Below are positions 29,324 through 38,517 of a stretch of 64,000 nt of DNA, piece by piece. Position numbers and translations under genes: made by a program. The DNA is from Candidatus Bathyarchaeota archaeon (GTDB lineage: Archaea; Thermoproteota; Bathyarchaeia; Bathyarchaeales; Bathycorpusculaceae), in NCBI GenBank assembly GCA_963832745.1, contig CAWHVC010000002.1:352001-416000 (forward strand), given 5' to 3'. Numbering within the stretch: the first letter of the stretch is position 1; each line of letters opens with the position of its first letter. A model generated the notes under the pieces. The model had not been told where the DNA came from, did no database searches, and saw only the letters and a list, made by a program, of their open reading frames with translations.

Positions 29324-30253
29324 ACGCCATATAAAAGTTCAAAGCAAGATTCACCAGATGCTTTAACATTAGAATGGGCTTTACAAGTAAAAAATTATAA
29401 CTTAACACTCAACAAGCACCGGTGTGTTGGCTGCCAAATTTGCAGTTTAGCCTGCCCCAAAGAAGCCATAAAAGTTGAAAAACAACCGAAAACTGGTGAA
29501 AAAGCGACAAAACCCAAGGTCGATATTGATTTAGCTAAATGCAATTTTTGCGGTGTATGTGACGTAACCTGCCCCTATGGCGCAATAAAAGTAACCATAA
29601 ACGGCGCACACGACCTAAACCTGATAGCAAAAGAAAGCTACCCAAAAATAAACCGCAATATCACCCTAGACACCAAGGAATGTCCCAAAAACTGTTCCGA
29701 ATGCGAAACAGCCTGTCCACTGCAACTTATTAAGGTTTCCAGAATTGGGTTTGATGGAAAACCCGTCAAAAATATTGAAGAACTTTCCCCAACCGAAAAA
29801 CGCCGAGTCAAAGTTAACGTTGATATCCAAAAAGAGTACTGCCCAACATGCAAGATATGTGAAGCAAAGTGCCCGCCAAGAACTCTAAAAGTTACAAAAA
29901 TCTTTGAGGGTAAAACAGCCATAGAACCTGACAAATGCCCACCTAACTGTCACGACTGTGTAGATGTTTGCCCGATACCTGGAGTTTTAACCGTTGGCGA
30001 GGATGGAAAAGTCGCCGTTGACGAAGCACACTGCACCTACTGCGGAGCATGCAAAATCGTTTGCCCCGTAGAAGAGGCATTGACGTTTAAACGTACTAAA
30101 GTTTCTCACGAGCATATTCATTCAGGAGCATGGAACAAAGCTTTGGAAAGACTGACAAGCAAACGAGACGAGGTAAAAGAGCTTAAAGCGGTTGCTTCCC
30201 TAAAGAAACGAGACATAGTAACAAAAAGATTGAAGGATGAAGCCGAAGAATGA
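29324..30253 (+). CDS. Polyferredoxin (FwdF-like, six 4Fe-4S motifs), apparent ACG start
   Basis: Uninterrupted frame missed by the ORF track: CVGCQICSLACP, CNFCGVCDVTCP, CPKNCSECETACP, CPTCKICEAKCP, CPPNCHDCVDVCP, CTYCGACKIVCP; TGA overlaps the hdrA ATG. Confidence 0.9.
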   Translation, partial: TPYKSSKQDSPDALTLEWALQVKNYNLTLNKHRCVGCQICSLACPKEAIKVEKQPKTGEKATKPKVDIDLAKCNFCGVCDVTCPYGAIKVTINGAHDLNLIAKESYPKINRNITLDTKECPKNCSECETACPLQLIKVSRIGFDGKPVKNIEELSPTEKRRVKVNVDIQKEYCPTCKICEAKCPPRTLKVTKIFEGKTAIEPDKCPPNCHDCVDVCPIPGVLTVGEDGKVAVDEAHCTYCGACKIVCPVEEALTFKRTKVSHEHIHSGAWNKALERLTSKRDEVKELKAVASLKKRDIVTKRLKDEAEE

Positions 30254-32670
30254 GCTGCCCCCAAAATCCAGAAGAACCCCGAATCGGCGTTTTCGTCTGC
30301 CACTGCGGCCTAAACATAGCTGGAACCGTAAACGTTCCTGCAGTTGCTGAATACGCCAAAACATTGCCTGACGTAGTTTTCGTTAAAGAAAACCGTTACA
30401 CCTGCTCAGACCCCGGCCAAGAAGAAATCAGAAAAGCAATAAAACAGCACAAACTAAACCGCATAGTAGTAGCGGCATGCTCACCAAGAATGCATGAACC
30501 AACTTTTCGACGCACAGTCGCTGAAGCTGGTCTTAATAGCTTTCTTTTTGAAATGGCAAACATCCGTGAATTCTCTTCATGGTGCCACCAAAATAAGCCC
30601 GAAGAAGCAACAGAACGTGCAAAAGACACAGTACGCATGGCAGTAGCAAAAGTCAGATTAATGCAGCCACTACAAACAATCGAGGTGCCAGTAACAAACA
30701 AAGCCTTAATCATCGGCGGAGGAATCGCAGGTATAAACGCGGCCCTAGACCTAGCCGACCAAGGTTTCAAAGTTTACCTGCTTGAAAACTCTCAAAGCAT
30801 AGGCGGCCACATGGCGGCGCTTGACAAAACCTTCCCAACGCTTGACTGTAGCATCTGCATTGAAGGCCCAAAAATGGTGGACTGTGCAAGACACCCAAAT
30901 ATCACAATTTTCGCCTACAGCGACCTAGTCAAAGTCGAAGGATATGTAGGAAATTTCAAAGTAAAAATCCGCAAAAACCCCCGCTACGTTATCCCAGAAA
31001 AATGCACAGGATGCGGAGAATGCAAAGACGTTTGCCCAATTGAGTATCCAAACGAGTGGGACATGAACCTTGGCACACGCAAAGCTATCTCGGTACCTTT
31101 CGACCAAGCAGTTCCGTTAGTTTACGCAATTAACAGAGACTACTGCATTGAATGCTACAAATGCACTGAAAAATGCGGTGAACGTCAAGCAATCGATTTT
31201 GACCAAAAACCCGAAGAAGTCGACATAGAAGTCGGCGCAATCATTGTATCCACGGGATATGACGTTTACGAACCCTATGACATGCCGCTTTTAGGCTACG
31301 GCAAATACCCAAACGTTATCACAAGCATGGAATTCGAACGCTTAATCCTCGCGGCTGGACCAACAGGCGGCAAAGTTATCCGTCAATCAGACGGCCAAAA
31401 ACCGCACAGAATAGCCTTTATCCTATGCGTTGGTAGCCGAGACAAAAGCAAGTATCCATACTGTAGCAACTACTGCTGCATGTATACACTAAAGCATGTC
31501 GTGCAGCTTAAGGAGAAGTACAAGGAAGACGTGGAAGTCTACGTTTTCTACATGGACATACGAAGCGGCGGCAAAGGTTACGAGGAATTCTATGACCGCG
31601 CAAGAGAAAGAGGCGTAAACTTTATTCGAGGCAGAGTAAGCCGAATCGACGAAGATCCAAAAACCCACAATTTAACCGTACACTCCGAAGATTCACTGCT
31701 TGGCAAACCAATCGAAGTCGAAGCAGACATGGTAGTATTAGCAACCGCTTCCATACCCAAAAAAGGTTCAGAAGAAATAGCACGCATACTCAACATTTCC
31801 CGAGGGCAAGACGGCTTCTTCATGGAAGCACACCCCAAACTAAAACCGTTAGATGCACCAACAGACGGCATCTTTTACGCTGGAACATGCGCAGGCCTAA
31901 AAGACATCCCCTACAGCGTATCACAAGGCAGCGGAGCAGCGTCAAGAGCAGCAACAATCATATCTAAACCAAAATGGAAAATTGAACCAATTATCTCCAC
32001 GATTGACGAATCCAAATGCATAAGCTGCGGCGTCTGCGTTGACAAATGCCCCTACGGCGCAATCAAACTTGAAAAAGGCAAAAAAGCAAGCATAATTACC
32101 GCCAGTTGTCACGGATGCGGAACCTGCGTAGCCGAATGCCCACAACATGCTATCACACAAATGCATTTCACAGACGCCCAAATAATGGCTCAAATCCGCG
32201 CCGCCTTACAGGATAAGCCCGAAGAAAAAATCATAGCTTTCCTTTGTAACTGGTGCAGTTATGCAGGTGCAGACTTGGCTGGAATTAGCAGATGCGAGTA
32301 CCCAGCAAGCGTACGGGTTATTCGTGTTATGTGTAGCGGAAGAGTATCTAACGAATTTATTTTCGAAGCACTAAGGCTTGGAGCTGGAATGGTAATGATT
32401 GGTGCCTGTCACTTGCCTCATGACTGCCACTACATTAACGGAAACTACCGAATGAAAGCAAGAACAGACATCCTCAAGAATATGCTGACAAAGTTGGGTA
32501 TGAGCCCAGAACGGTTCCGTGTAGAGTATGTTTCCGCCGCTGAAGGCATCCGTTACGCTGAAATCATAAAAGAAATTGACCAGCAAAGAAAAGCTTTAGG
32601 CATTGAAAAGATTAAAGCGGAAACCGAAAAACTCAGGCCAACATTGGAAAGGATGTTGAAAACAAAATAG
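30250..32670 (+). CDS. hdrA: Heterodisulfide reductase subunit A fused to an MvhD-like domain
   Basis: GVFVCHCG, GGGIAG FAD site, DKTFPTLDC, CSNYCC, C-terminal FLCNWCSYAGAD...MCSGRV (MvhD). Confidence 0.95.
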   Translation: MSCPQNPEEPRIGVFVCHCGLNIAGTVNVPAVAEYAKTLPDVVFVKENRYTCSDPGQEEIRKAIKQHKLNRIVVAACSPRMHEPTFRRTVAEAGLNSFLFEMANIREFSSWCHQNKPEEATERAKDTVRMAVAKVRLMQPLQTIEVPVTNKALIIGGGIAGINAALDLADQGFKVYLLENSQSIGGHMAALDKTFPTLDCSICIEGPKMVDCARHPNITIFAYSDLVKVEGYVGNFKVKIRKNPRYVIPEKCTGCGECKDVCPIEYPNEWDMNLGTRKAISVPFDQAVPLVYAINRDYCIECYKCTEKCGERQAIDFDQKPEEVDIEVGAIIVSTGYDVYEPYDMPLLGYGKYPNVITSMEFERLILAAGPTGGKVIRQSDGQKPHRIAFILCVGSRDKSKYPYCSNYCCMYTLKHVVQLKEKYKEDVEVYVFYMDIRSGGKGYEEFYDRARERGVNFIRGRVSRIDEDPKTHNLTVHSEDSLLGKPIEVEADMVVLATASIPKKGSEEIARILNISRGQDGFFMEAHPKLKPLDAPTDGIFYAGTCAGLKDIPYSVSQGSGAASRAATIISKPKWKIEPIISTIDESKCISCGVCVDKCPYGAIKLEKGKKASIITASCHGCGTCVAECPQHAITQMHFTDAQIMAQIRAALQDKPEEKIIAFLCNWCSYAGADLAGISRCEYPASVRVIRVMCSGRVSNEFIFEALRLGAGMVMIGACHLPHDCHYINGNYRMKARTDILKNMLTKLGMSPERFRVEYVSAAEGIRYAEIIKEIDQQRKALGIEKIKAETEKLRPTLERMLKTK

Positions 32671-32736
32671 CATTCATTCTTTTTTTGCTTGCCTTTATTG
32701 GAATCTGGTGTACTGTTGTTTGTGCCAAGAATCCCG

Positions 32737-32910
32737 CTATTTTATTGATTTTTTAAACCAAACCATGCCGATTATAAGCACAATAAATGCTCCAATAATA
32801 GCCACGGGGTTAATGTATTGAAGCGCAGTGGTTACTGAATAAAAAGCAATGCAGCTTACTAACGCAAGCAGGATCACTGCTGTTCCCACGGCTAAACTTT
32901 TACTACTCAT
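32737..32910 (-). CDS. Small two-TM membrane protein (57 aa)
   Basis: MSSKSLAVGTAVILLALVSC...IIGAFIVLIIGMVWFKKSIK; GTGAGG upstream; below the ORF-track cutoff. Confidence 0.6.
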   Translation of the reverse strand: MSSKSLAVGTAVILLALVSCIAFYSVTTALQYINPVAIIGAFIVLIIGMVWFKKSIK

Positions 32911-33079
32911 CGAGTTTCAACCTCACTTTTTCCTTTCTACTATTACTGTAAGATGCTGTTTTGATTTAATTCTACGCTTTAGAACAAACCGTTCAACTGC
33001 TAGACAACAAAGCCTCTAAGTGTTCTGGGTTAGGATTTAAATAGGGTCTAAATGATTTTCAATAAAACTTGCCTAATAA

Positions 33080-34360
33080 TTATTCAGCTTCTCCGACTAA
33101 ATAAGTTTCAGTAGCCTTAACAACCCGTACATTCAACGTTTTGCCAAACAAGTCCTTGGGGCTCTCAATAACAACAGGTTTGTAGGCGAAATTACGGCCT
33201 ATCCATGAACCTCCAACTTTACCTGCTTCATCAACAATGACTTCGCCACTCCACCCCTTCCACAACCGGTTTCTTTCAAAAGACAATTGTTTAACCAACG
33301 CCGCTGTGGTAGTGCTTCGACGTTTGATTTCATCTAGGGGGACTTTGTCTTCTTTTATTTTTGCGGCTGCAGTTTTGGGTCTGGCGAAGAATTTAGACAC
33401 GTTGGTAACGTCAGGTTTAACGTCTCTTAGCAGTTGAAGTGTATTTTCAAAAGCTTGGTCTGTTTCTCCGGGAAACCCGACAATGACGTCGGTTGCCAGT
33501 GTTAAATTTGGAAATGCCGCTCGGAAAGCTGCAACGGATTTTTTGAATTCAGCGGCTGTGTAGAATCGGCGCATTTTTTTGAGCACTTGATCATCGCCGC
33601 TTTGAATTGGGAAATGTAGGAACTTGAAGATTTTTGGGCTCTTGTATGTTTCGATCAGGTCAGTTTGCATGTCGCTTATCATGTTGGGCGTCATCATGCC
33701 GACCCTGACTTTAAAGTCGCCTTCAACCTCACCAATGGCTTGTAGGAGTTGGGCAAGGTTTGTGCCGATTTCCCGTCCGTAAGCTGCTGTGTCTTGAGAT
33801 GTAACCCAAAACTCCCGAATTCCAATTGCCAAGTCGGTTTTGACTCTTTGGATTATTTCTGGTATAGTGTAGCTTCGTAGTTTGCCGCGGGCGAAGACGA
33901 CGCAGCAGTATGAGCATGAGCCCAAGCATCCAAAGTTTATGGGTAGGATGCTGATGGCGGGGTTTGTGTTTATTTTGGGTAGGGTTAATTGGGGTTTTTC
34001 TTCTGGAGTTTGGAGGTTGGATACTTTTTCGCCGTTTGCTACCCGGTTTACAAGTTCGATTATGTCTTTGCCGATTGATGGGCCTGCGATGCCGTTGAAT
34101 TGTGTTTCGTTTTGTAGGCGTTCGAGGCTGATTTTTGGTAGGCATCCGATTATTATGATTTTTTTTGTTTTTGGGGTTTGTTTTATTGTGTTTATTATGC
34201 GGTTTTCTGTTGGGCCTTTTACTGCGCATGTGTTGTAGATGATTATGTCGGCGTCTGTTTCGTTTGTGATTTGGTGTTTTGTTTGTGTTAGAATTCCTGT
34301 TATGGTTTCGGTGTCTGCTGTGTTTGCTGAGCAGCCGTAGGTTTTGATGGCGATTTTCAT
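33080..34360 (-). CDS. tRNA methylthiotransferase (MiaB-like/archaeal MtaB), radical SAM plus TRAM
   Basis: TYGCSAN, NTCAVK, CLGSCSYC radical SAM motif, DVIVGFPGET, TRAM C-terminus. Confidence 0.93.
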   Translation of the reverse strand: MKIAIKTYGCSANTADTETITGILTQTKHQITNETDADIIIYNTCAVKGPTENRIINTIKQTPKTKKIIIIGCLPKISLERLQNETQFNGIAGPSIGKDIIELVNRVANGEKVSNLQTPEEKPQLTLPKINTNPAISILPINFGCLGSCSYCCVVFARGKLRSYTIPEIIQRVKTDLAIGIREFWVTSQDTAAYGREIGTNLAQLLQAIGEVEGDFKVRVGMMTPNMISDMQTDLIETYKSPKIFKFLHFPIQSGDDQVLKKMRRFYTAAEFKKSVAAFRAAFPNLTLATDVIVGFPGETDQAFENTLQLLRDVKPDVTNVSKFFARPKTAAAKIKEDKVPLDEIKRRSTTTAALVKQLSFERNRLWKGWSGEVIVDEAGKVGGSWIGRNFAYKPVVIESPKDLFGKTLNVRVVKATETYLVGEAE

Positions 34361-34576
34361 GGTTGTCACGGTGTTTTTGTTGTATGAATGGTTCATTAAG
34401 TAATTAAAACTTGGGGGTTGTGTGTTGTTGTTTTTGACAGGTTCTTGTTTCATTGCGTGTTTTTGCTTTATAAGGTGTGGAACCAACATGTTATGTGCAT
34501 ATTTGCCGCATGATATATAGCGGTATATCCAACAAAATGCTGTTATGTGTTCACCTGAGAGGGAGCGAGAGAACAC

Positions 34577-34732
34577 ATGAAACTAATCACCCTATACTTG
34601 CCTGAAACTTATATTAAAGCTTTGGACCAGCTTGTGGATGAACGGTTTTACCCCAACCGTGCAGAAGCAATCCGGGTTGCAATACGCGACTTAATTAGTG
34701 CTGAAGTTTGGAGGAGAAAAGGCGTTGACTAA
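34577..34732 (+). CDS. Ribbon-helix-helix protein, CdrS-like (51 aa)
   Basis: MKLITLYLPETYIKALDQLVDERFYPNRAEAIRVAIRDLI; below the ORF-track cutoff. Confidence 0.85.
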   Translation: MKLITLYLPETYIKALDQLVDERFYPNRAEAIRVAIRDLISAEVWRRKGVD

Positions 34733-35018
34733 ACATGAAGAAATTATCAAGTGTCATCTTGACGAGAATCTTGATGACGCAAAAATTGAGGTTGTCCCGC
34801 AGCTTGTGGATAACACCTTGCATCTTTGCGTGCCAGGCCATATCCATGATGAGCTTGCGGTTAAACCTAAAAAACTTAAAGTGGTGAAAACCAAAATGAC
34901 AACAGCACAAACTGAATTGGAAAAAGCCACCTCGCAACTCTATGATCTGGAAAGCGGTGCAAGACCCGCAAAAGTCCTCGACATCGACTTGGACCTTTAC
35001 CAGATGGAAGACTACTAA
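34725..35018 (+). CDS. Hypothetical 97-aa protein, possible FtsZ remnant
   Basis: TTG start after GGAGG, overlapping the RHH stop; acidic tail QLYDLES...LDIDLDLYQMEDY. Confidence 0.65.
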   Translation: MTKHEEIIKCHLDENLDDAKIEVVPQLVDNTLHLCVPGHIHDELAVKPKKLKVVKTKMTTAQTELEKATSQLYDLESGARPAKVLDIDLDLYQMEDY

Positions 35019-35094
35019 CCCCCCTTTCCCTTCTCCCTCTCTGCTTCCCTTTTAAGAAAAACAATTTTATCCCAGTTCAAACGCATTCTTGGTT

Positions 35095-35812
35095 ATGAGC
35101 CAAAACCAAATTATTCAACAAATCCGCAGCGATTTACAAGCTAACTCGGATCAGCAAACCCGAGATGGCGCCAAACGTTACTTCAAAGAAGCCATCGTCG
35201 TTTATGGGGTAAAAACCGATTTGGTAGGCAAAATTGCTGCGAAGTATTGGAAAGAAGTTAAGTGCGTTGCCGAAAAAGGAGATTTTTGCGCTCAGCGAAG
35301 AACTCTACAAGTCCGGCGTTATGGAGGAAGCGTTTGTTCCTGCCAACTGGCTGCCCAATATTGCCGACCAATTTGAAAAAGAGGATTTGGCGACTTTCAA
35401 ACGTTGGATCGAAAACTATATTGATAATTGGGCGAAATGTGACGGTTTCTGTAACCACACGGTGGGCGACTTCATGATGCGGTTTCCGGATTGTGTTGGT
35501 GAGCTTTTGGTTTGGGCAAAATCTGGCAACCGTTGGCTTAAACGTGCAGCGGCGGTGTCGTTGATTGTTCCGGCGAAGAAGGGCATGTTTCTTGGGGAAG
35601 CTTTTGAGATTTGCGATTTGCTCCTCACTGACCCTGACGATTTAGTGCAGAAAGGGTACGGTTGGCTGCTGAAAGCGGAAACGGAAAAGTATCCCGACGA
35701 AGTGTTAGCGTACGTGATTAGGAACAAGGCGGTTATGCCGCGGACGGCGTTGCGGTACGCGATTGAAAAGTTGCCCAAAGAACAGAAAGCGTTGGCAATG
35801 AAGAAAGATTAG
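35095..35812 (+). pseudogene. DNA alkylation repair protein (AlkD-like HEAT repeat), frameshift at ~35263
   Basis: AKRYFKE.IVVYGVKT (frame 1) joins IDNWAKCD, SGNRWLKRAA, DDLVQKGYGWLLK, MPRTALRYAIEK (frame 2). Confidence 0.85.
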
Positions 35813-35818
35813 CACAGG

Positions 35819-36055
35819 TTTTCAACATGCTAATGAGGCGTTTTTCAGTTAATACTGACCTACCCCTCTTAGGAGTCTGCATAAGAATTTCAAAAGAACG
35901 GCAGTGAACAGCGAAATGCAGTTGGGCTCTAGCATGGCCCAGTAAAGCGTTAGTTTTTCTTTTTTTCACGCTCCGATTGATAAACCAGCATTCGAGCGTG
36001 CCCTTTAAAGAATTTTGGCGTTAAAAAAGCCTTAAAATAAAAGGCGATTAGAACA
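35819..36055. repeat. Copy B of the conserved intergenic element
   Basis: Colinear with 14442-14664 from TTTTCAACAT to AATTTTGGC. Confidence 0.85.
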
Positions 36056-36058
36056 GGG

Positions 36059-36862
36059 TTAAGCAGTATGACTGTTTTCAATTAGCTTGCTTGTCCTCCG
36101 CCGAAGCACAAAAACTATAACTGACAGCAATGCAATTGCCCCTGCAATAACAGTCAGCACAACCATTTCCCAGTCAGAACCCAACAAAACGTCAGTATGT
36201 GCAATGGGTTGATTCTGGACGTTTTCTGGGTTTAGGGTTGGCGTTGCTGTTGGGGTTATGGCGGATTGGTTTTCGCCAATGGTTAATGTTTGAATGCTGC
36301 TCCAATCGCTAGTTTCGCCATGGAACACCCAAGAATCAAGATCATACAGGTCGCCGCTGGTGCAAACACGATAGCCTATTTTTGTTTGAACCTGAACATC
36401 AATCTGGTCCCCTGCTTTTAGAGAATTTATTTTTAAACCATTCGTCCATGACCCATACGTTATTACTTTATAGCTTTCGTTCCAAACAGGATTCTCCGTA
36501 AAATTGTGCCAATCATTCTCGTAATGACCTTTAATTCTGACCTGCCAAGTTAAGAAAACAGAGCGGGGCGTATCTCCATCCATGTAAACACAAGGCGTAA
36601 ACGATTGACTATTAATCCCAATCTCAATCGTTTTGTTCTCTTCAGTAAAACCTCCACCCGTCTGAACAGTCTTTCCTGAATAGGGGTCAACACCATAAAC
36701 TGGCTCCACATAATACGAGCGATCAACATATCTCACTGTAATCTCTGGAACCGACGGCTTAACAATCATAGTCTGTGCGCAAGCAAATTCAATGAAAGCC
36801 AAGCTTGTAACAAGAATCCCCAGTAACGTCATACAGGTAAAGATTCTGCTTAGAGTTTTCAT
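36059..36862 (-). CDS. Secreted, C-terminally anchored hypothetical surface protein
   Basis: Signal peptide, KPSVPEITV, SDWSSIQTLTI, PT linker, TM followed by RRR. Confidence 0.8.
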   Translation of the reverse strand: MKTLSRIFTCMTLLGILVTSLAFIEFACAQTMIVKPSVPEITVRYVDRSYYVEPVYGVDPYSGKTVQTGGGFTEENKTIEIGINSQSFTPCVYMDGDTPRSVFLTWQVRIKGHYENDWHNFTENPVWNESYKVITYGSWTNGLKINSLKAGDQIDVQVQTKIGYRVCTSGDLYDLDSWVFHGETSDWSSIQTLTIGENQSAITPTATPTLNPENVQNQPIAHTDVLLGSDWEMVVLTVIAGAIALLSVIVFVLRRRTSKLIENSHTA

Positions 36863-36977
36863 AGGTTTTGTTGGGTCTGGGAAGTGATTAAAGGGTTTTC
36901 GTAAACACTTCTTTACCTGCCCCAGTAAACAAACCTTGACTGCCACTAAAAAACTGTTTTTGGCTATAAAAATCGCC

Positions 36978-37037
36978 AATACCGACCTACCCCCCTACAG
37001 GTACACTGCATAGATTGAATATTAGACTGCAAATAGG
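36978..37037. repeat. Partial copy C of the intergenic element
   Basis: AATACCGACCTACCCCCCT versus copy B AATACTGACCTACCCCTCT; CTGCA..GATTG..ATTAGAC..CAAATAG shared with copy D. Confidence 0.6.
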
Positions 37038-37046
37038 TTTGCTCAG

Positions 37047-37310
37047 TTAGGGTCCAAGAATCTTTTCAACTTCCACCAAATGCGCCGCCAACTTTTTGCC
37101 CTTCTCGCTCAAAGAGTACAGCGGTGCACCCGTAGACATGTCAACAGCCAAAAGCCCATTATCATCAAGGAATTGTTTGGCTGAATAGAATGCTTTTTGT
37201 CCTGCAACGGAGCCTTTGAGGATTTTTGTTGTTTTTGAGTTTGGGTTTTTGTTGAGAAACAGGATAAGCCTGATGACAGCGGTTAATTCATCAAACTCGT
37301 CGATTTTCAA
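37047..37310 (-). CDS. Winged helix-turn-helix regulator, module B
   Basis: IRLILFL...YSAKQFLDDNGLL...YSLSEKGKKLAAHL, similar to the C-terminus of 14678-14992. Confidence 0.8.
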   Translation of the reverse strand: MKIDEFDELTAVIRLILFLNKNPNSKTTKILKGSVAGQKAFYSAKQFLDDNGLLAVDMSTGAPLYSLSEKGKKLAAHLVEVEKILGP

Positions 37311-37462
37311 GGTCGGTTTCAGCTCTTGCAGGTTTATCGCAACCTTGTTCTTTTCGCCTATTATTTGTTTGTACGCCTTGAGGATATGCTTGTGGGATAA
37401 AGCTTATATCTGCAAAACGTCTCCTTAAAGGATATCCTGAAGGAATACAAAATGGTGATGGT

Positions 37463-37938
37463 ATGAAAAAACAAGAAACAACCCAACCCCCCAAAACACC
37501 AAACCCAGCCGACAAACTCCCCGAACCCCTCAAAACCAACTTCAAACAATACGCATTCAACTGCTCCCCAGCAATTTACCAACTCAAGGCTGCAGCAGCG
37601 CTAAAGCTTTGGAAAGACCGCGGCTATCGAGACATAACGTTTGATGAACCCATGCCCTGTGGGGGCAAATCGGTTTTTGTCAAGGTACTGGTAAGAAAGG
37701 AAGACAACACCATGATTGGGGTGGAATGCGCATCAACCCTCAGACTACAGCGACTAACTGCTCGGATTGCGCTTCTTCGGGCCTGTCTGCCGCCAGACAG
37801 CTACATAATAATAGTTTTCCCAGAGACCGCAGGTGACAGAATAACGAAGGCAACCGACATTGTTGACGAAGTATGGGTAACAGGCAAAGACGGCACGGTA
37901 ACCAGTTGATGTTTAGGTCTGCTTTTTACGAGGAATGA
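37463..37938 (+). pseudogene. PD-(D/E)XK-like fold protein, module B, with one missing C near 37902
   Basis: Paralog of 15100-15532 (AALKLW.DRGYRDI, VKVL, ECAS, SYII.VFP, DE.WVTGK); restoring a C gives TQLMFRSAFYEE, matching EQMMFMSTFYKG. Confidence 0.8.
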
Positions 37939-37984
37939 TTACCTTAATGGTCGAGATAAGATTGTTACCAAGATTTTTCGCCAA

Positions 37985-38320
37985 TCAAACATAGGTATGC
38001 AAGTTTTTTGTATTTCCTGCTTTTTCTTTTGTTTCGAGGTAATGTTTTATTTCTTCCATTTTAAAGAAGCATTCTGTATGCATTCCGGACCCAATCCAAG
38101 GACGCTTCAAATCCCGAATAGTTTCGGCTATTCCTGCTGCTGGAATAATACCTGTCAATATAGCGCTCGTTAAACTTGATGTTTCACCAAACCAATTGGA
38201 GCGAGGAAGTTTATCTTTACAAACAAGACAGTGAGAAATGCAATTGTGGCAAAAATGTTTCCCCTTGTTTTCGGAAATAGTTTTAATGTGGTAATTTTTT
38301 CCACATCTTTCACATTTCAT
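37985..38320 (-). CDS. Hypothetical Zn-finger-like protein
   Basis: CERC, CHNC, CLVC, HTEC motifs; AT-rich. Confidence 0.6.
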   Translation of the reverse strand: MKCERCGKNYHIKTISENKGKHFCHNCISHCLVCKDKLPRSNWFGETSSLTSAILTGIIPAAGIAETIRDLKRPWIGSGMHTECFFKMEEIKHYLETKEKAGNTKNLHTYV

Positions 38321-38517
38321 TTTCTAATGCCCAATAAAATATTTGATTTAAAATCTTTAAAATTATTGTCATGTTGCCCGTAGACTGTTTCTAAGGTTTT
38401 TAGTTTACAATTAAAGGATACTGAGAAACGTTTGAAGCATTTCTTGGTTGATTCATTCTCAGCCTATTGTTAATGCTTATATGCTTTTGGTTTTACTTTT
38501 TAGGTTAGGCTTTCAGT

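Noticed and set aside
30250-32670. HdrA-MvhD fusion as novel, or as evidence of methanogenesis
   Set aside because: The fusion is well known in anaerobic archaea and bacteria; no mcr or mtr genes in the window
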